The notes beneath the pieces were generated by a model that had not been told where the DNA came from, made no database searches, and saw only the letters and a program-made list of their open reading frames with translations. A DNA stretch of 63,788 bases, filler included, from Cercozoa sp. M6MM (Eukaryota; Protista; Endomyxa: Ascetosporea): the NCBI GenBank assembly GCA_040357565.1. It is 11 parts of 11 records of this genome, joined end to end, with 100 filler letters (N's around TTAATTAATTAA, not from the genome) between each part and the next. Parts side by side here need not be neighbours in the genome. Positions count along the whole stretch, not along the records: positions 11,575 to 17,185 come from JBDODJ010000873.1; positions 17,286 to 24,319 come from JBDODJ010000670.1; positions 24,420 to 30,023 come from JBDODJ010000875.1; 8 more parts are not named here. One strand, 5' to 3'. Shown here in pieces: positions 11,670-24,493 of the stretch. The position numbers and the translations under genes are program-made. The number at the start of each line of letters is the position of its first letter. The first letter of the stretch is position 1.

Positions 11670-13584
11670 TTACTTTTTAGCTCCAGAATCGTTTAATCGC
11701 CTTGGTTGCGGATTCTTGCTGTTCCGCAACATCTGTATGAGCGCTTCACGCTCACGTTCGTCGTCGCTGTCGGTTTCACTGTCATTTGCGATGGGAATTG
11801 GACTGCACCGCTCCTCCTGATTGCAGAGGCGATACTTTTTACTTGGTGATTAGGACACGGCTCAATACAAAATGCTGATGGACTGTATTTTCCGATACCA
11901 GCTCGTCCAAGCTCTCAGGTACGTCGGATGCAGCTGCAGCGTTGCCTGCAGCAAATGGGTTCCAAAACATTCAGTGTTGCTGTATTTTCATCGGCACAGA
12001 TGTTTTAAAGTGGTACTCACCGTGATAGCTCCGGCTTCCTTCGCCATTCCTCGAGATCGACCTCCGAGCTGCATGGACAGGTACCAGTATCGATACATTG
12101 TAGAACTAAATTAATCTAGCAGAAACAGCAAAATTTAGATTGCAAATATGCAAAACGTTTGTGTTAACTTACGTGGGCCGAAGGGGACTTGATCTTGTGT
12201 ACGTGGCACACAGTATGTTACGCTACCGGTGACTGTGATTACCCGGAGAAACTAATTCACTGCGTGAAGGTTTGAACTGAAAGGCAACATACACACAACA
12301 CCACCCGGAACGTTCACTACTCCAGGCGTGCGAGATCCACAAAGATCGTCCTAAAAGTGTACAGTACACACAATGGGAGCTTAGTTGAAAATGTGCAGCT
12401 CCAGTCAAAGAACACCTATTTAAACTTAAGAACAGATACAGTATTTAGTAGTACCGACAGGCTTGCTGCTGCTGTATTCGTCGTCGCAGCGAGCAAAAAG
12501 ACCCACAATGAGAGTTTGCAAGCAAAATACAACGACGATTTGACTATCGACTCGGAGTGAGATTCCAGTGGCATTGTAGAGGTACTCGATTATCTGAAAG
12601 CGTTGCGCACTTGTCCAACACGTCTCTTGCTGTCGCGGTACAGCTGAAGTCGAAAGAACTCTCGAATGCCTTCGGATTTTTTCGCCGAGTCGGATTCGGA
12701 TTTTTTGTGACTCGAGGCGGGCTTGGGCGGTGCGGTACCTGAGGAGAGAGATTCTAGTTTTCGTCTATCGTGAATTCTTTACCAGTTTGAAACTCTCGGA
12801 TTGGAGAGACTCCGCGCGGACACTGAAGTAGACTACAGTGAGTATACTACGGCCGTATCACAGTGTTCAAATTAAAGGCACACAATTGCCGGCTGCAGTG
12901 TAACGAGCATTTAATTTACTGTTGACCCAGACCTCGGGTGAGCTGGAATGGAAGCTGCGGAATGACATCGGTTGGATTTGGTAGTGCGACCATCTCATAG
13001 AAGTACAACAGGCCGAATAGCACGCTCGCTGAAGTCGCCACTGCAACAGGCTGCATGTGCGACGCCAACCAAGACGCTAGCAATACCAGCATCACCAAAA
13101 CGCAGACAAGAATCCTAAGGTAAACAATCAGTGTGAAATCAAAAACAAAACCGTAAACACAGGCCCAGATACAGTACAAGTCCTGTACATGCCAAGGCCG
13201 GTTACGAAGGCATGCAGGTCTGGTCGGTTGACGATAAACGCGCCCAATAATCCAGCAATCCACTCCGCCCATGTGTCACTTCTCTCTCTAAGATTGCAAG
13301 GCATTTAGAGTGCTCCAAGCAACACACTCACGTAATCAATTTTGTTACACTGCAAGTTCTGTTGGCTCTGCAAACATGTCAGCGTATTCGTCCGTGTCGT
13401 CGTAAAACACATTGGGCGCATCCTTTGCACCGTCGACACCGGTAAACTTCACTGTTGCTGCTAGCTACCTCACGTCACCGTGGTATACAGTCTAGCCCAA
13501 TTTTTACAGTAATAGTCAATACTCAAAGTTGAGTACCACTAGTACTAGAACGACGCCAGTTGCAGCAGACAGGGCCGATCTCAT
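11670..13584 (-). CDS. Hypothetical membrane protein; multi-exon
   Basis: Exons splice in phase at both ends: MRSALSAATGVVLVLV|LAATVKF (signal/TM), hydrophobic ILVCVLVMLVLLASWL and SVLFGLLYFY segments, and an acidic C-terminus ending GAKK-TAA. Middle exons were not fully resolved, so this may be two genes. Confidence 0.5.
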
Positions 13585-13928
13585 TTTCCGTTTTCTTCAG
13601 CCACACATCAGAAAGTCCGAACGCGGAAAAGACACTGACACCCTTCCCAGATTGGCGGACAGAACATACTTGTGTCGTAACAGCGATTTGATTGTGCCTG
13701 TGTCTGTTTTGTCGCTTTCGCACCCGTTTTAAGGCCCGCGCAAACTAATTTTAGCGGTGATAGTACTTTTTATTTTATCTTGAGAAAACACATCGGCGCT
13801 CCTCTCGAGTCGCATTGGAATCGTCTGATCGAACGTAGCTCTAGCGTAGCACGCAAGCTCACGTCCGCCCAGTCCGGTCTCACCCGTCCAAGACGCAAAG
13901 TCACGGTTGTTCATACCGTTCAACGTAG

Positions 13929-16058
13929 TTAGTTCTTCAATTTTAGATGCACGGCGCCGCCGACCTGCACACCCTTTGTCATTCGTCTGATGACAACATT
14001 GGCGGTGTCTTTGTGCGTGTTGAAATCCTTCGCAAAAGCAAAAGCGATAACAACATTTCAGTTTTGGTAAAAGAGCTAACATTTCAAAAGTCTACCAACT
14101 GATGCTCGGCCATTCGCATGCTGAGTTGCTGCGCGAACGGTGCTGGCGCCATCGTTTGCTGCGACAGCAATTCCACCTGCAAAACGCAAAGCATTTGATA
14201 AGTTGTCAAAACATGTGTGTCTGTAGTTAAAGGGGAGAAACTTACCACAATGTCGGCGATCACCGATTCGACAGTCATGCGTTTCTTCTGCTAGAACAAA
14301 ACAAAAAAATTCCACTAAGCCAAAGCAAACTACTAGCAAAGAAAGATACAGCAGGCTGTTGTCGCAACGCCAGAGCAGGACGTTTCTTAGGGCGTGACTG
14401 CAAGCCCAGATGTTGCATTCAAATGAAAAAGCACAACTTAAAAAAAAAGAAGTACCTCTTCTTCGAGCTCAATGTCGTCTAAATCACTCACGTCCTGCAA
14501 ACACAAAAACAACCTTCGTTAAACGAACGAAATTAAAGGCAAAATAAAACGACCGACTGCTCTTCGAACTCGCCTTCTTCGTCCGCGCGGAGGAGCTGAC
14601 GGAACGAGCGTTTCTGGGCCGGTCTGCAGCTCCATCAGTAAGCAAAAACAATAAACACACAAAATCTGTCTACGCTTTGGCTTTGCTCGGTTTGGCTTCT
14701 TTCTCCGCTTCGTCTTCGCTCTCTTCGCTTTCTTCTTCGCCGGACTCGCTTTCTTCCTGCAAGCCAGACACTAATATGAACCTTGAAAAGGAAAGCTGCA
14801 GTTAAAGCAACCTTTTCTGAGGCGGAGAATTCCTCAAAAATGCGATCGTCCGGCGCGTCATCGTCGAACTCGTCGTCAAAATCGATTCCTTTGTCACCGA
14901 CATCTCTACACGACAAACAGATGAATGAAGGGAACAACGACTGAAACAAAAAACAAAAAACAATCAGCATACTCTGCAGTTTCCTCGGTCGTAGATACTT
15001 CGGCACCTCCCAATTTCTTCTCGACCTTTTTTATTCTTCGCATCTGTCGTCGAACTCTGCGTTTCGCAGCCAGCAACGGATCATTCTGTTCCAACGCAAG
15101 TAAGACCTTTCAGACAAGCAAAAAAGTTATAAAATACCATCAAGGCATCGACATCCTCGGCATCGAGTTCGTCCTTTCGTTCGGCGCGCAGTTGCATTGT
15201 ACAAACGTCCACGGGAGCCACACTACCAAGGGAAGCATTGAAAGCTCAAGTGACTTCAAACCTCAATGTGTTTTTTTTTTGTACCTGAACTTGTCGTTTT
15301 CGAAAGTGATAAGTGCCCACTGAGCCTGCATTGAATTGAGATGAATCAAAGTTTGTAAGCAGCTCAAGAAGATTAAGCTACGTTGGTTTGCACGTCCGTG
15401 TTTGACACGAAAGTGAGCGGTCGGTCGTTGAGTTCCTGAGCAGAAAGAAAGCCAAAGACTAACGTCAAGAGTTCGAACCGATAAGCGGCACACCTGTGAC
15501 TCATCAAGCAGCTCAAACACACGCGTCACTTGTCGATTGCGAATGCTGAAACCGATAAAACAGTCGATAAGTCCACAAATAAAAGAGCGAAAGCAACCGT
15601 CTGCCACCGACGGAGGGATCTTCTCGCTTCCAATCCTCGTTCTATCAGTCAGTATGATCAGATCAGTCCATCAGATCAATCCATCAGATCAGTTGATCCA
15701 ATCAGTTCTAGTGAATTTGGGAACCTTCAAGCGATCAGTGGAAAGCTGCATTTTCAGGTGCGAATTGAGCGAGACAAAGTCGACCTTTGGCGCGCCTTTC
15801 CTCTTTTTCGACGGCGGGAATTTCATGTTGCTGAGTCAGCAGTACGCAAGAGATACAATCCTTCTTCAGGCACCAGGACGCCTCAAAAACATACACTCGA
15901 GCGTCCGAAGCGTTGAATCGCGCCACACGACGCAGCGCGTTTCTGCTGGGAGCACGCACCACCGGAAACTTGGGCATTTCGCCGGACGACTTCTTTTTCG
16001 ACGACCCCCTCTTCGAGGCACTCTTTGACGAGCCTTGGTGCGAGCTAGCCCCGGACAT
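13929..16058 (-). CDS. GTF2F1: General transcription factor TFIIF alpha (RAP74/Tfg1); multi-exon
   Basis: N-terminal FPVVRAP..RRVARFN; AQWALITFENDKFSVAPVD...ELDAEDVDALM (cf. RAP74 F.AFPV..W...TLTAEEAE); IDFDDEFDDD acidic linker; C-terminal winged helix MTVESV...HLKLKN*. Confidence 0.72.
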
Positions 16059-16317
16059 GATCTATTCTGTGAAAGTTCACGCCACTGCGCACACGTGGCG
16101 AACTCTAAGGAATGCTGTACAGTCGGAAAGCGCCAGAAGCTGCTCCGGCGTTCCGAATATTAAAAAGACACTGTTGTTCAGAGGACCTCATCACACCGAT
16201 TCCATCAGTGCACACGGTGGGAGTGATATTTTTCAGCGTGTATCTGCTTTGGGGGTCGTGATCGCGCAGCAGAACAGTCCATTTTTGTGCGGACACGGAC
16301 TGGAGAAAGTGACAGAC

Positions 16318-17185
16318 ATGGCACGTGCGCACTACACGGTGTCGCGGCCAGAGGCGCCACAACCAGTGGCAACAACGACAGAAAAACAAGAAAAGGAAGG
16401 CCGCAAGTACTGCTATCTGACAAAAACGGGCGTCGACGGACTGAAGAACTACAAATACGTTGGCTCTTCCTACTCGTGGTATTAGGAGACATTCTTCTCG
16501 TGCTTGTGTCTGTCTAGAGCATCTGTACTTGTGTAGGATCGACACGAATTTAGGCACACCGTTTTGGAACTGGGCAGTGACGCTGCTTCCCATGTGGTAG
16601 GTGTCTATATCTATGTATCATATCTAATAGATATTGTATATAATAGTGTGTATTGGACAGGCTGGCACCCAACGTCGTAACTCTGTGTGCATTGGCATGT
16701 GCGGCGGTTTCCACTGTTTTAGTATTCATCTATGCGCCTCTCCTTGACGTGGTACATGACACTTCTGGCTGCCCAAGTGTGTCTGTGTCTGTGTGTCTGT
16801 GTACTGTGGGAGTGCTGTAGCCACTGCCGCCGCGAGTGTCGCTGTTTCTGGCCGTGTCGCTGTTCTTGTACCAGACACTGGACGCCATCGATGGCAAGCA
16901 GGCTCGCCGTACAGGGTCGTCGTCGCCACTGGGCCAGCTGTTCGACCACGGGTGCGACTCGGTGTGTTCGGTGCTGCTGTCGGTGCAGGTGGCTGCGTGC
17001 CTGCGTCTGGGCACTCTGCCTCTGGGTCTCGGTCTGTTGGCCTCGCTGCTGTTGCATGTGGTGCCCTTCTACCTGGCGAACTGGGAGGAGTCCGTCACTG
17101 GTACACTATATCCCTCTTGCACCCTACCACACCCCATTCCTACCCTGTATCCTCTTACCCCTTTGCCCTCCTTACCCCCCCCCCC
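16318..17185 (+). CDS. CEPT1: Choline/ethanolamine phosphotransferase (CDP-alcohol phosphatidyltransferase), 5' part
   Basis: GLKNYKY, PFWNWAVTLLPMWLAPNVVTL and the signature YQTLDAIDGKQARRTGSSSPLGQLFDHGCD. Truncated at linker. Confidence 0.93.
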
Positions 17186-17328
17186 NNNNNNNNNNNNNNN
17201 NNNNNNNNNNNNNNNNNNNNNNNNNNNNNTTAATTAATTAANNNNNNNNNNNNNNNNNNNNNNNNNNNNNNNNNNNNNNNNNNNNCCCCCCCCCGTATCT
17301 TGATAGCTCTGTCCTATCTCGTGTGCAG

Positions 17329-17771
17329 ACAACAAGTACCTCGGCTTCCGCTCGGCGCCTGGCACGGTACACTTCTTGTGTGTCCATGTTGAGTCGTGAG
17401 TAGTGTGTCTGTATGCCTGTGCAGGGCGAGTCCGAGTCGCGTGGCTGGTACCTCGTGCAAGAGGACAAGCTGCTGTCGCTGGACCCGACCAATGAGGTGC
17501 CTTTGACCGTTGTTATCCCCTCCGATTTCCTTCACCTCTCTTTTTCACTCTTTCTTTGTTATGCAGGAGGACTTCACGGCTTGGGAGATCCCAGACGTGC
17601 TGCCTATGGACGAGACCAAGCTGCAACTGTGGCGCGACGAGAAGGACAACGGTCCGGCCTGGAAGCGCCACCACGGCACCGAACGCGCGCTCGGTGACAT
17701 GGACGATGAGCTGCGAGCCAAGATCCTTGAGGAGGTACCCCACCTAATCTCCTTGTCTTGCAAGTTAATGT

Positions 17772-17808
<37 letters not shown>

Positions 17809-17895
17809 GCCTTGTGTGTTTTCTAGGTCGAGGCCCGACGCGCGCTGGCCGAGAGCGAGGCCGCCAAGAAGAAGAAGAAGGGCCGACGTCGCTAG
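17329..17895 (+). CDS. 3' fragment of a hypothetical protein
   Basis: Four in-phase exons (..GWYLVQEDKLL..EDFTAWEIPDVLPMD..) ending KKKKKGRRR-TAG; the last intron contains (TA)n. Confidence 0.55.
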
Positions 17896-18198
17896 TTTTC
17901 TTTCGTGCCAGCACAGCACAGGTCTGCCGTGTCGAAATTTTACTTACCACCAACGCTCTTCTTGTGATTTCTGCGAGCTGTCAAAATCATCTGCGTCTAG
18001 CATTGTGTCAATTTGGCTCTTGGGGTTGACAGCACACGCATATACTGCCTAGCTGCCAGGAAAGAAAGTCCTTTTTTTGTACGGGAACACAAGGCTTTTA
18101 TTTTTTTAAATTGTGAGTAGTTTTTTTAAAACAGAACCGTAGGGCACGGTAGAGCCACGCAAGTGCGCCGGCGTGTGCTACTACTAGTGGCACTCGAA

Positions 18199-21100
18199 AT
18201 GAGTGCCAATCGCTGTCTGCCGTGCTTTGCGATTTCGGCGTCGTGGCGAAGGTGTTTATCCACCCAATATACCCTGGGCGATTCACTCATCCGCTCTTGT
18301 GTTCATGCAGGCGGATCCGAGCGCAGCTATTGCACCCTTCACAGTTTGCCGAGGAGCTCCGTGATGTGGTTTCCCGAAGGTCACGCGTATCCGCGCGGAT
18401 GATAGGTGTGATCGTGTGATCGTGTGACTGACTCGCTTTAAATTGAGTGAGTGTGCTGCAGAAAACGATGCGAGCGTGACTTCAGTGTTAAAGTTTGTTC
18501 GGCTTCGTTCTGAACAGTGGAACAGCGCAGATTTTTTCGCGGTTGCATCGCTGTTGTCGCGGAACGAAGCACTCCAGAGCGAAAGCTTGAGTGAAACTCT
18601 CACTGACCTGTGTCGCGAGTGCGTCGACGTCAGCGGTGCTGTTGACACCGTTGTTTCGACCAACGTCGACAAAGACACGTTTGTCGAACTGAATTCAACA
18701 GGAAGCACTCTCGCTCTTTCTTCGGCCTGTTTCGTGCGTGTGGTATTGTCCTTCTTTTCTGAGTTTTTTTTTTTAATCTTTTGTTTCTTTACTTTTTGCC
18801 ACGTTCGCTTTGCCCGATTTAGGTCGAGTCGGTGTTGGCTCCGTATGCGAGCGAAGAAATGTGCCGAGAGGCGCTGCAAAAGTTTTGTAAAGATCTCCGC
18901 GTCTCTCGTCTCGAGTTTGAGAGTTGCGAGGTGCCTCTGCTTGTTTGCTGTGTTACTGTGCAGCTTTAATACCGCATACTTTGAGCAGAACGAGAGGACC
19001 AGTCGTTTGTTGCACGAAACGGGCGACGAACTCGACAGGCGAAACGCGAACGCGTCGTTGAAACTGGTGGCCGAGTCCTTTGCCATACTGCGTCAACTCG
19101 CGTGTGCTGCTGGCGATCTCGACAAAGACTTCCACTGGACAGGAACACAAGCATCCAGTGACTCCAGCAAGGATGACACTAATGACAACAGCAACAACAT
19201 GAAGGCGCGCATGCAGGTGCTCGAGGTGATGGAACGTGCCAATCCTGTCTGTGCATTGGCGGGATACCTGACACTGCTGCACTCGGGTGCCGTTCGCACA
19301 GCCTGCGTGAGCGAAAGCACGAGTGATGAGGTGCACAAAATCCAACTGGCTGCCTCCAACTGCTTCGAACGCTGTCGGCGCATTCTGCGCACGCTGGAAC
19401 CCGAGCAGATTCTGCAGGATCCTCAAAGTTTTGAGTCGCTCCTGGACACGCATGGCCTGAGGCAGGAACTCGACCCGTTGCTGTCGAAACTGCGTCGTTT
19501 CCGAGTGACTTCGCGCTCCTTCTCCGGTACCGGTTTGCCTTCAGAAACCCTGCACTTGAGAGGTGCCTTCTGTGACTTATTCTCTCTATGTTTGCAGGAA
19601 GCAAGTGGACCGTGGGCTTGTACGACAAGTACCTTAGCACCGTTAGTGAGCGTTGCACTGTTGGAGAGCTGCTGCAACCGTGCGCCGTGTTTCGCATGCT
19701 ACAGCAGCAGGTGAAAGCGTCGGAGTTGCGACTCATGCAGTTGCAGCATGCGTCTCGAGCTGGCGGTGCTGCTCGAGAGTTCCTGCATCCGGCGTGGCAG
19801 TTCCTGCAGCGTGCACAGCGACTAGGCGATGCAGTTTCACTCCAGCACGTGAACGCTCTGCTGCGTGGAGTAAAGTCGGCGGAACTGGAGTCGTTCGTTG
19901 CCGTGGCCTGTAAGAAGGAAACCACGGTGGAGTCGTTCGACACGTCCAAGGCGTCGCAGTGGCACCTGCTGCTTCAGTTGTGCGAGCGACAGTTCCGGCT
20001 GAATTGTGATTCGCCACGGACGTTGGCGACACTGCTGCGCTCGATGCAGTCGTCCCAACAGTCTCAACACTCGTCGGAACAATGGTCGGAACAGTCGCTG
20101 GAAGTGCCGTCCTTCTTGCCACGCTTGCTGCGACGAAGTCGAGCACAAACAGAGCACGGTGTGGGCGAGTTGTTGGGCGAGTTGCTCATGCTGCACTCGA
20201 GACTGCTGTGTGAACGACTGCAGCACGGTGAGACTTTGCAGTTTGCGTCGATGCAGCAGCTGCGCAACTGGCGGCTCGGCCACAATGTCGAACTGACGCA
20301 TGAGTCGTATGTTTGCTTTTTGCTTGGTATGGCTGGCAGTTAATAATACTCCCTTCTTGTTTGTACCCTACATAGGGCAGCCGAGGAAGTGCTGCGACTC
20401 GTCGAGGAACATGCGCAGCTGAGCACGAGTGCAGTAGTGACAGCACTCGCTTGGCACGCTCCGCACTGCGACGCGTCTCGTCTGAGTCAGCTGCTGCTGC
20501 AACGTCTGTCCATGTATCTTTCCCTTGTTGCTTTCAAAACCCCTGTCCCTTAACAACAAATGTGCCAGGTTGACGGAGGGCACGCTGGAGCATGAGCGAG
20601 TGAGTGCGTTGCTGCTGCCGACGCTAGAGCGAGTGCCGATGTTGAAGCGACAGCGACTGGTGCAGCAGCTGCCGGAGCACTGTCCGCGGGTCACTGTGCC
20701 TGCACGCGTCGCACTGGAACGCGACTCGTTCACCGTACTGCATCGTTTCTTGTGCTATGTGATACCACTGGCACTGACATGTGAGTCACAGGACACGGTT
20801 CCACTGGAGAAACGTCAACTGGCGGCGGTGTCTAAGGTGAGTCAGCACGTGCTGCGGCACAGCGACGCCACCAACGATGCACTGGGCGTCGTGGCACGTG
20901 CTGCCGCCGAATCACTCAGTAGTGCACGTGCACACCATGCCTTCACACGAATCTCGGTACCACTGTACTCTAGGACTGGTACACTTGGACTGGTACAAAT
21001 GGACCGAGTTGGACTGGGACTGGGACAGGGCTCGGCACCAGAGCGACTGCCGGCGCTGCTGGACGTGGTGGAAGGTGTCGCTGCCGTCGACACACTGGCC

Positions 21101-24100
21101 GGCACTACGACTGAACAGCGCACTCGACTGCGACTGCTGGAGGAGGTAGTGTTACCTACCTTTTACCCCTTCTACCTCCCTCTACCCTCTCTGCCCTCTA
21201 GCTATGTCCCTTTACCCTTGCTAAATTGTGGTGCGACAGCTGCTGCCAACGGTGGTGACGGCCTTCAACGCACTGCACCGGTCGCGTCAGTACGGTCACA
21301 TGCCAGTCAGTGGTCCTAATGATCACTCTGGTGACCACCCCGGTGGCCACTCTGGTGATCAGTTTGGTCACTTGGTGAAACGCTTCGCTGCCGCACTGCT
21401 GCGACTGCACTGCGACGACTACGCACAGATGCTCCGTGTCACCGTAGCCAATGTTCTCTGTTGTGTGACTACACGAGCCCTCTTTGTACCGTCCATTTGT
21501 ACAGGTCAAGACACTGCCTGTGTCGGCACGCCAGTTGGCACCCGAACTCACACTGCTCAGTGGCGGTGTCGTCCTGCAGGAGGACCGTCTGTCGCGCATG
21601 TCGCTCGAGCAGACTCATCTCGCACGCCAACGCATCATGGAGCAATGTGTCTACCCGTAGTCTTTTCTATCAGTCCTTTCCACAGTCCTCGGTTCAATCC
21701 AACTCTTCTTTACTGTGTGCTCAGCATCACCAAGACACGTCCTGCCAACGGTCTGTGCGACAAGCGACTGCTCGACGTCGCTCGCGACGCACAGCTCTGT
21801 GGCACACTACACGATGTTGCTCGTGTCGTACGCGCCCACAGCTATCGCATGGACATCCGACTGGTACTCACTCACACCTTTCAATCGTTAGACTCAGGTC
21901 TGTTGCTATTTCGACGTGACACAGGTGACACAAGTGGCATTGCACGCTTTTTTTGGCGACACTTTTGGTCATGGATTGCGCAAGAGATTCCGCTCAAAAG
22001 TACCAGCACTTTTTTCAGCAACAATTGTGTGCACGAGTGTACCCTGATTCTCAGGAAAACCCACAACCGACCAAGCGCCGCAAATTACGACTGTGTGAAG
22101 ATTCGCGCGAAGTGCGTGCGGCTCTTTTTCTGGCCCAAAGGTATCCGCGCGGATGCGCTTGAGTTTTGCTAGATTGACTTTCAAAACATCGATGTTTGTG
22201 ACAGGTCCGTGTCGGTGCGCGATCTGGTGGAGCATTGCGTCAGGCACTCGGCTGACAAGAAAGCGCCTACATTGAATGCTTTGTTTCGAGCTGCTTTGGG
22301 TAGATTACTCTTTGACTTTTTGTTTATTTTTCGAACTTAAGTTCTAATCTTGGTATCTTGACTTTCAGGCACACCAATGGCGAAACAGTTCCGAAATGCA
22401 GCGCCTGCCTCAAAATTGCGAGCAGCGCTGACACAGTTCAACGCGCTGGTCGAAACTGGAGTGACTGAGTTAGACGAGACGCGCAATCGTGAACTGCGTC
22501 GAGTGGCCCCACATCGAATGATGTACACCCTCGTGCAGCAGGTACACCACCCACTGGCGTTTCTCTATTCGATTATATGCTGTTGAGTGGCAGTCATTGC
22601 ACCAAGGAATCGTACCAAAGTCGCTGAAACTGTCGCAATCGCGTCTGCGTCAGGTGATTAAGCTTGCGGCCTCGGAGGTCCCTACCGAGCCCGAGATTGA
22701 CGAAACAGTCTTCTGCGCGGACTTGCGTACCCTTATTGCTGCCTCTGTCTTGCTTAAGATACGAATTGTTATCTCTTCGCAACAGCAACGGAACCTAGTG
22801 CACTGCACACGGCACTGGCCATGACGACACAGGCACGCCATGTGTCCACCGACGTTGCAGAGCAGCTGTCAGTTTGGCTAGGTTTGTTTCAACCTAATCC
22901 TTGCCCTCTATCTGTTTTACCCCTCTCCTCTGTATGTTGTAGGCGGCGTGGCAGGCGTGCAACCGTTCGACGCAGTGTGGCGCACGACGTTGCAACTGTC
23001 TCAAAGAGTGTTCGCGCGGTGTCTGCACACAGACACGAGAAACGCCGTGTCGTCGCTCGCTGTGGCCATGTGGCACAACGGTTCCTCGGAGGCCGGAAAC
23101 GATGCTGACGGTGACGCCGTTCTGAGCGGTATCGTCGGTGACTCGACTGACGATGGCATCAATCGCACCGTGCTGCAGCACGTGTGCACGCAGCGGCAGC
23201 TGCTGCGTGTGCTGCTGTGCGACCACACACTGTCGCTGAGCGAGAAGGCGAGTCGTCTCGTCAAGAACTTTACTCGAACGAGTGCCAAGCAGGCGCTGCT
23301 GGATTGCGCCGTCGAACTGGCACTGCAGACACACGTGGCCGAACTACGTGGGCACGCGGCACTGTCGGACTCCTTGGTACCTCTGTCATCCATCCTTCGC
23401 CATCCCTGCTGCCTTGAACCCCCTCCCCTCTCCCAACAGAAGGAGGAACTGCGAAACTTGGCCGTGTTGGAGACTCGTCCTTTTGAAAGTGCCGTGCTGT
23501 GCCTGCTGCTGAAAGATGCTGCACGTGCCGATTTCTTTGTCAATATGCTGCTGCAGTCTGACACTACGTAATGATACTCACGCTCCCTTCACGTTGGGTT
23601 GGTGTACTTCTTCCGGTAGGGACGTCGATATGGAGCGAGCCGTGTGGCTCCTGCGACAGCTGGCTCAACAGCACTCGCCGCTGCTGCACAAGCTGGCCGA
23701 GGTGCCACTGCCACAGCCGAAACAAGAAGCGCGCACACTCGAGTTCTCTGTCACGCATGGTACGCTTTGTGTTGTCTGCACTTACTCGTTTACCCCCCCC
23801 CCCCCCCGCGCGTCTCGAGCAGACCCGAGACAACTAGCCAGATCGACATTGGTGCCGGATGACACCATGTCTCTGTTTGAAAGCTTGGGAGACATCGAAT
23901 TCGACTCGGAGGTGCCGGTACAGGCGACTACGAACATCAGTCTCGTCAGCGACGAGGACGGCTCGATTCACAGTCCCTCGGGGAGTGACACCAACACTGT
24001 CGAAGACGACTACCAGTACGAGCATATTCAGCGGTACTATTTTTTTGGCTGACGCTGGGTTGTGTCCGTTTAACAACAAACTCATTTTTCGTTTCAGCCT

Positions 24101-24223
24101 GCTGGACAATATTTCGGGAACTTTGAGTCAATGCGATGCGAAAGACGAACAACTAGACGAGCAGATTCGACAGTGGCGCGGAGACTTCCATGCGCTGGAG
24201 AATTTGTACATTGCGCTTTCCAA
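18199..24223 (+). CDS. Large Leu-rich, predicted alpha-helical hypothetical protein (estimated >1500 aa), truncated at 3' end
   Basis: Chain of long + strand exons with GT-AG introns; the first introns were checked to be in phase from ATG 18199. No recognisable family motif. Confidence 0.6.
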
Positions 24224-24231
24224 GTGTTTGC

Positions 24232-24306
<75 letters not shown>

Positions 24307-24493
24307 CGTGTGTGTGTATNNNNNNNNNNNNNNNNNNNNNNNNNNNNNNNNNNNNNNNNNNNNTTAATTAATTAANNNNNNNNNNNNNNNNNNNNNNNNN
24401 NNNNNNNNNNNNNNNNNNNAGGGGGTAAATAGGGGTAAATAGGGGGGTAAATAGGGGGGTCAGGGGGGTAAACAGGAGGGAAGTAAAGCTACA

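Noticed and set aside
7247-16058. Apparent clustering of TFIIE-alpha and TFIIF-alpha
   Set aside because: They lie on different contigs separated by a linker, so adjacency is not evidence of linkage.
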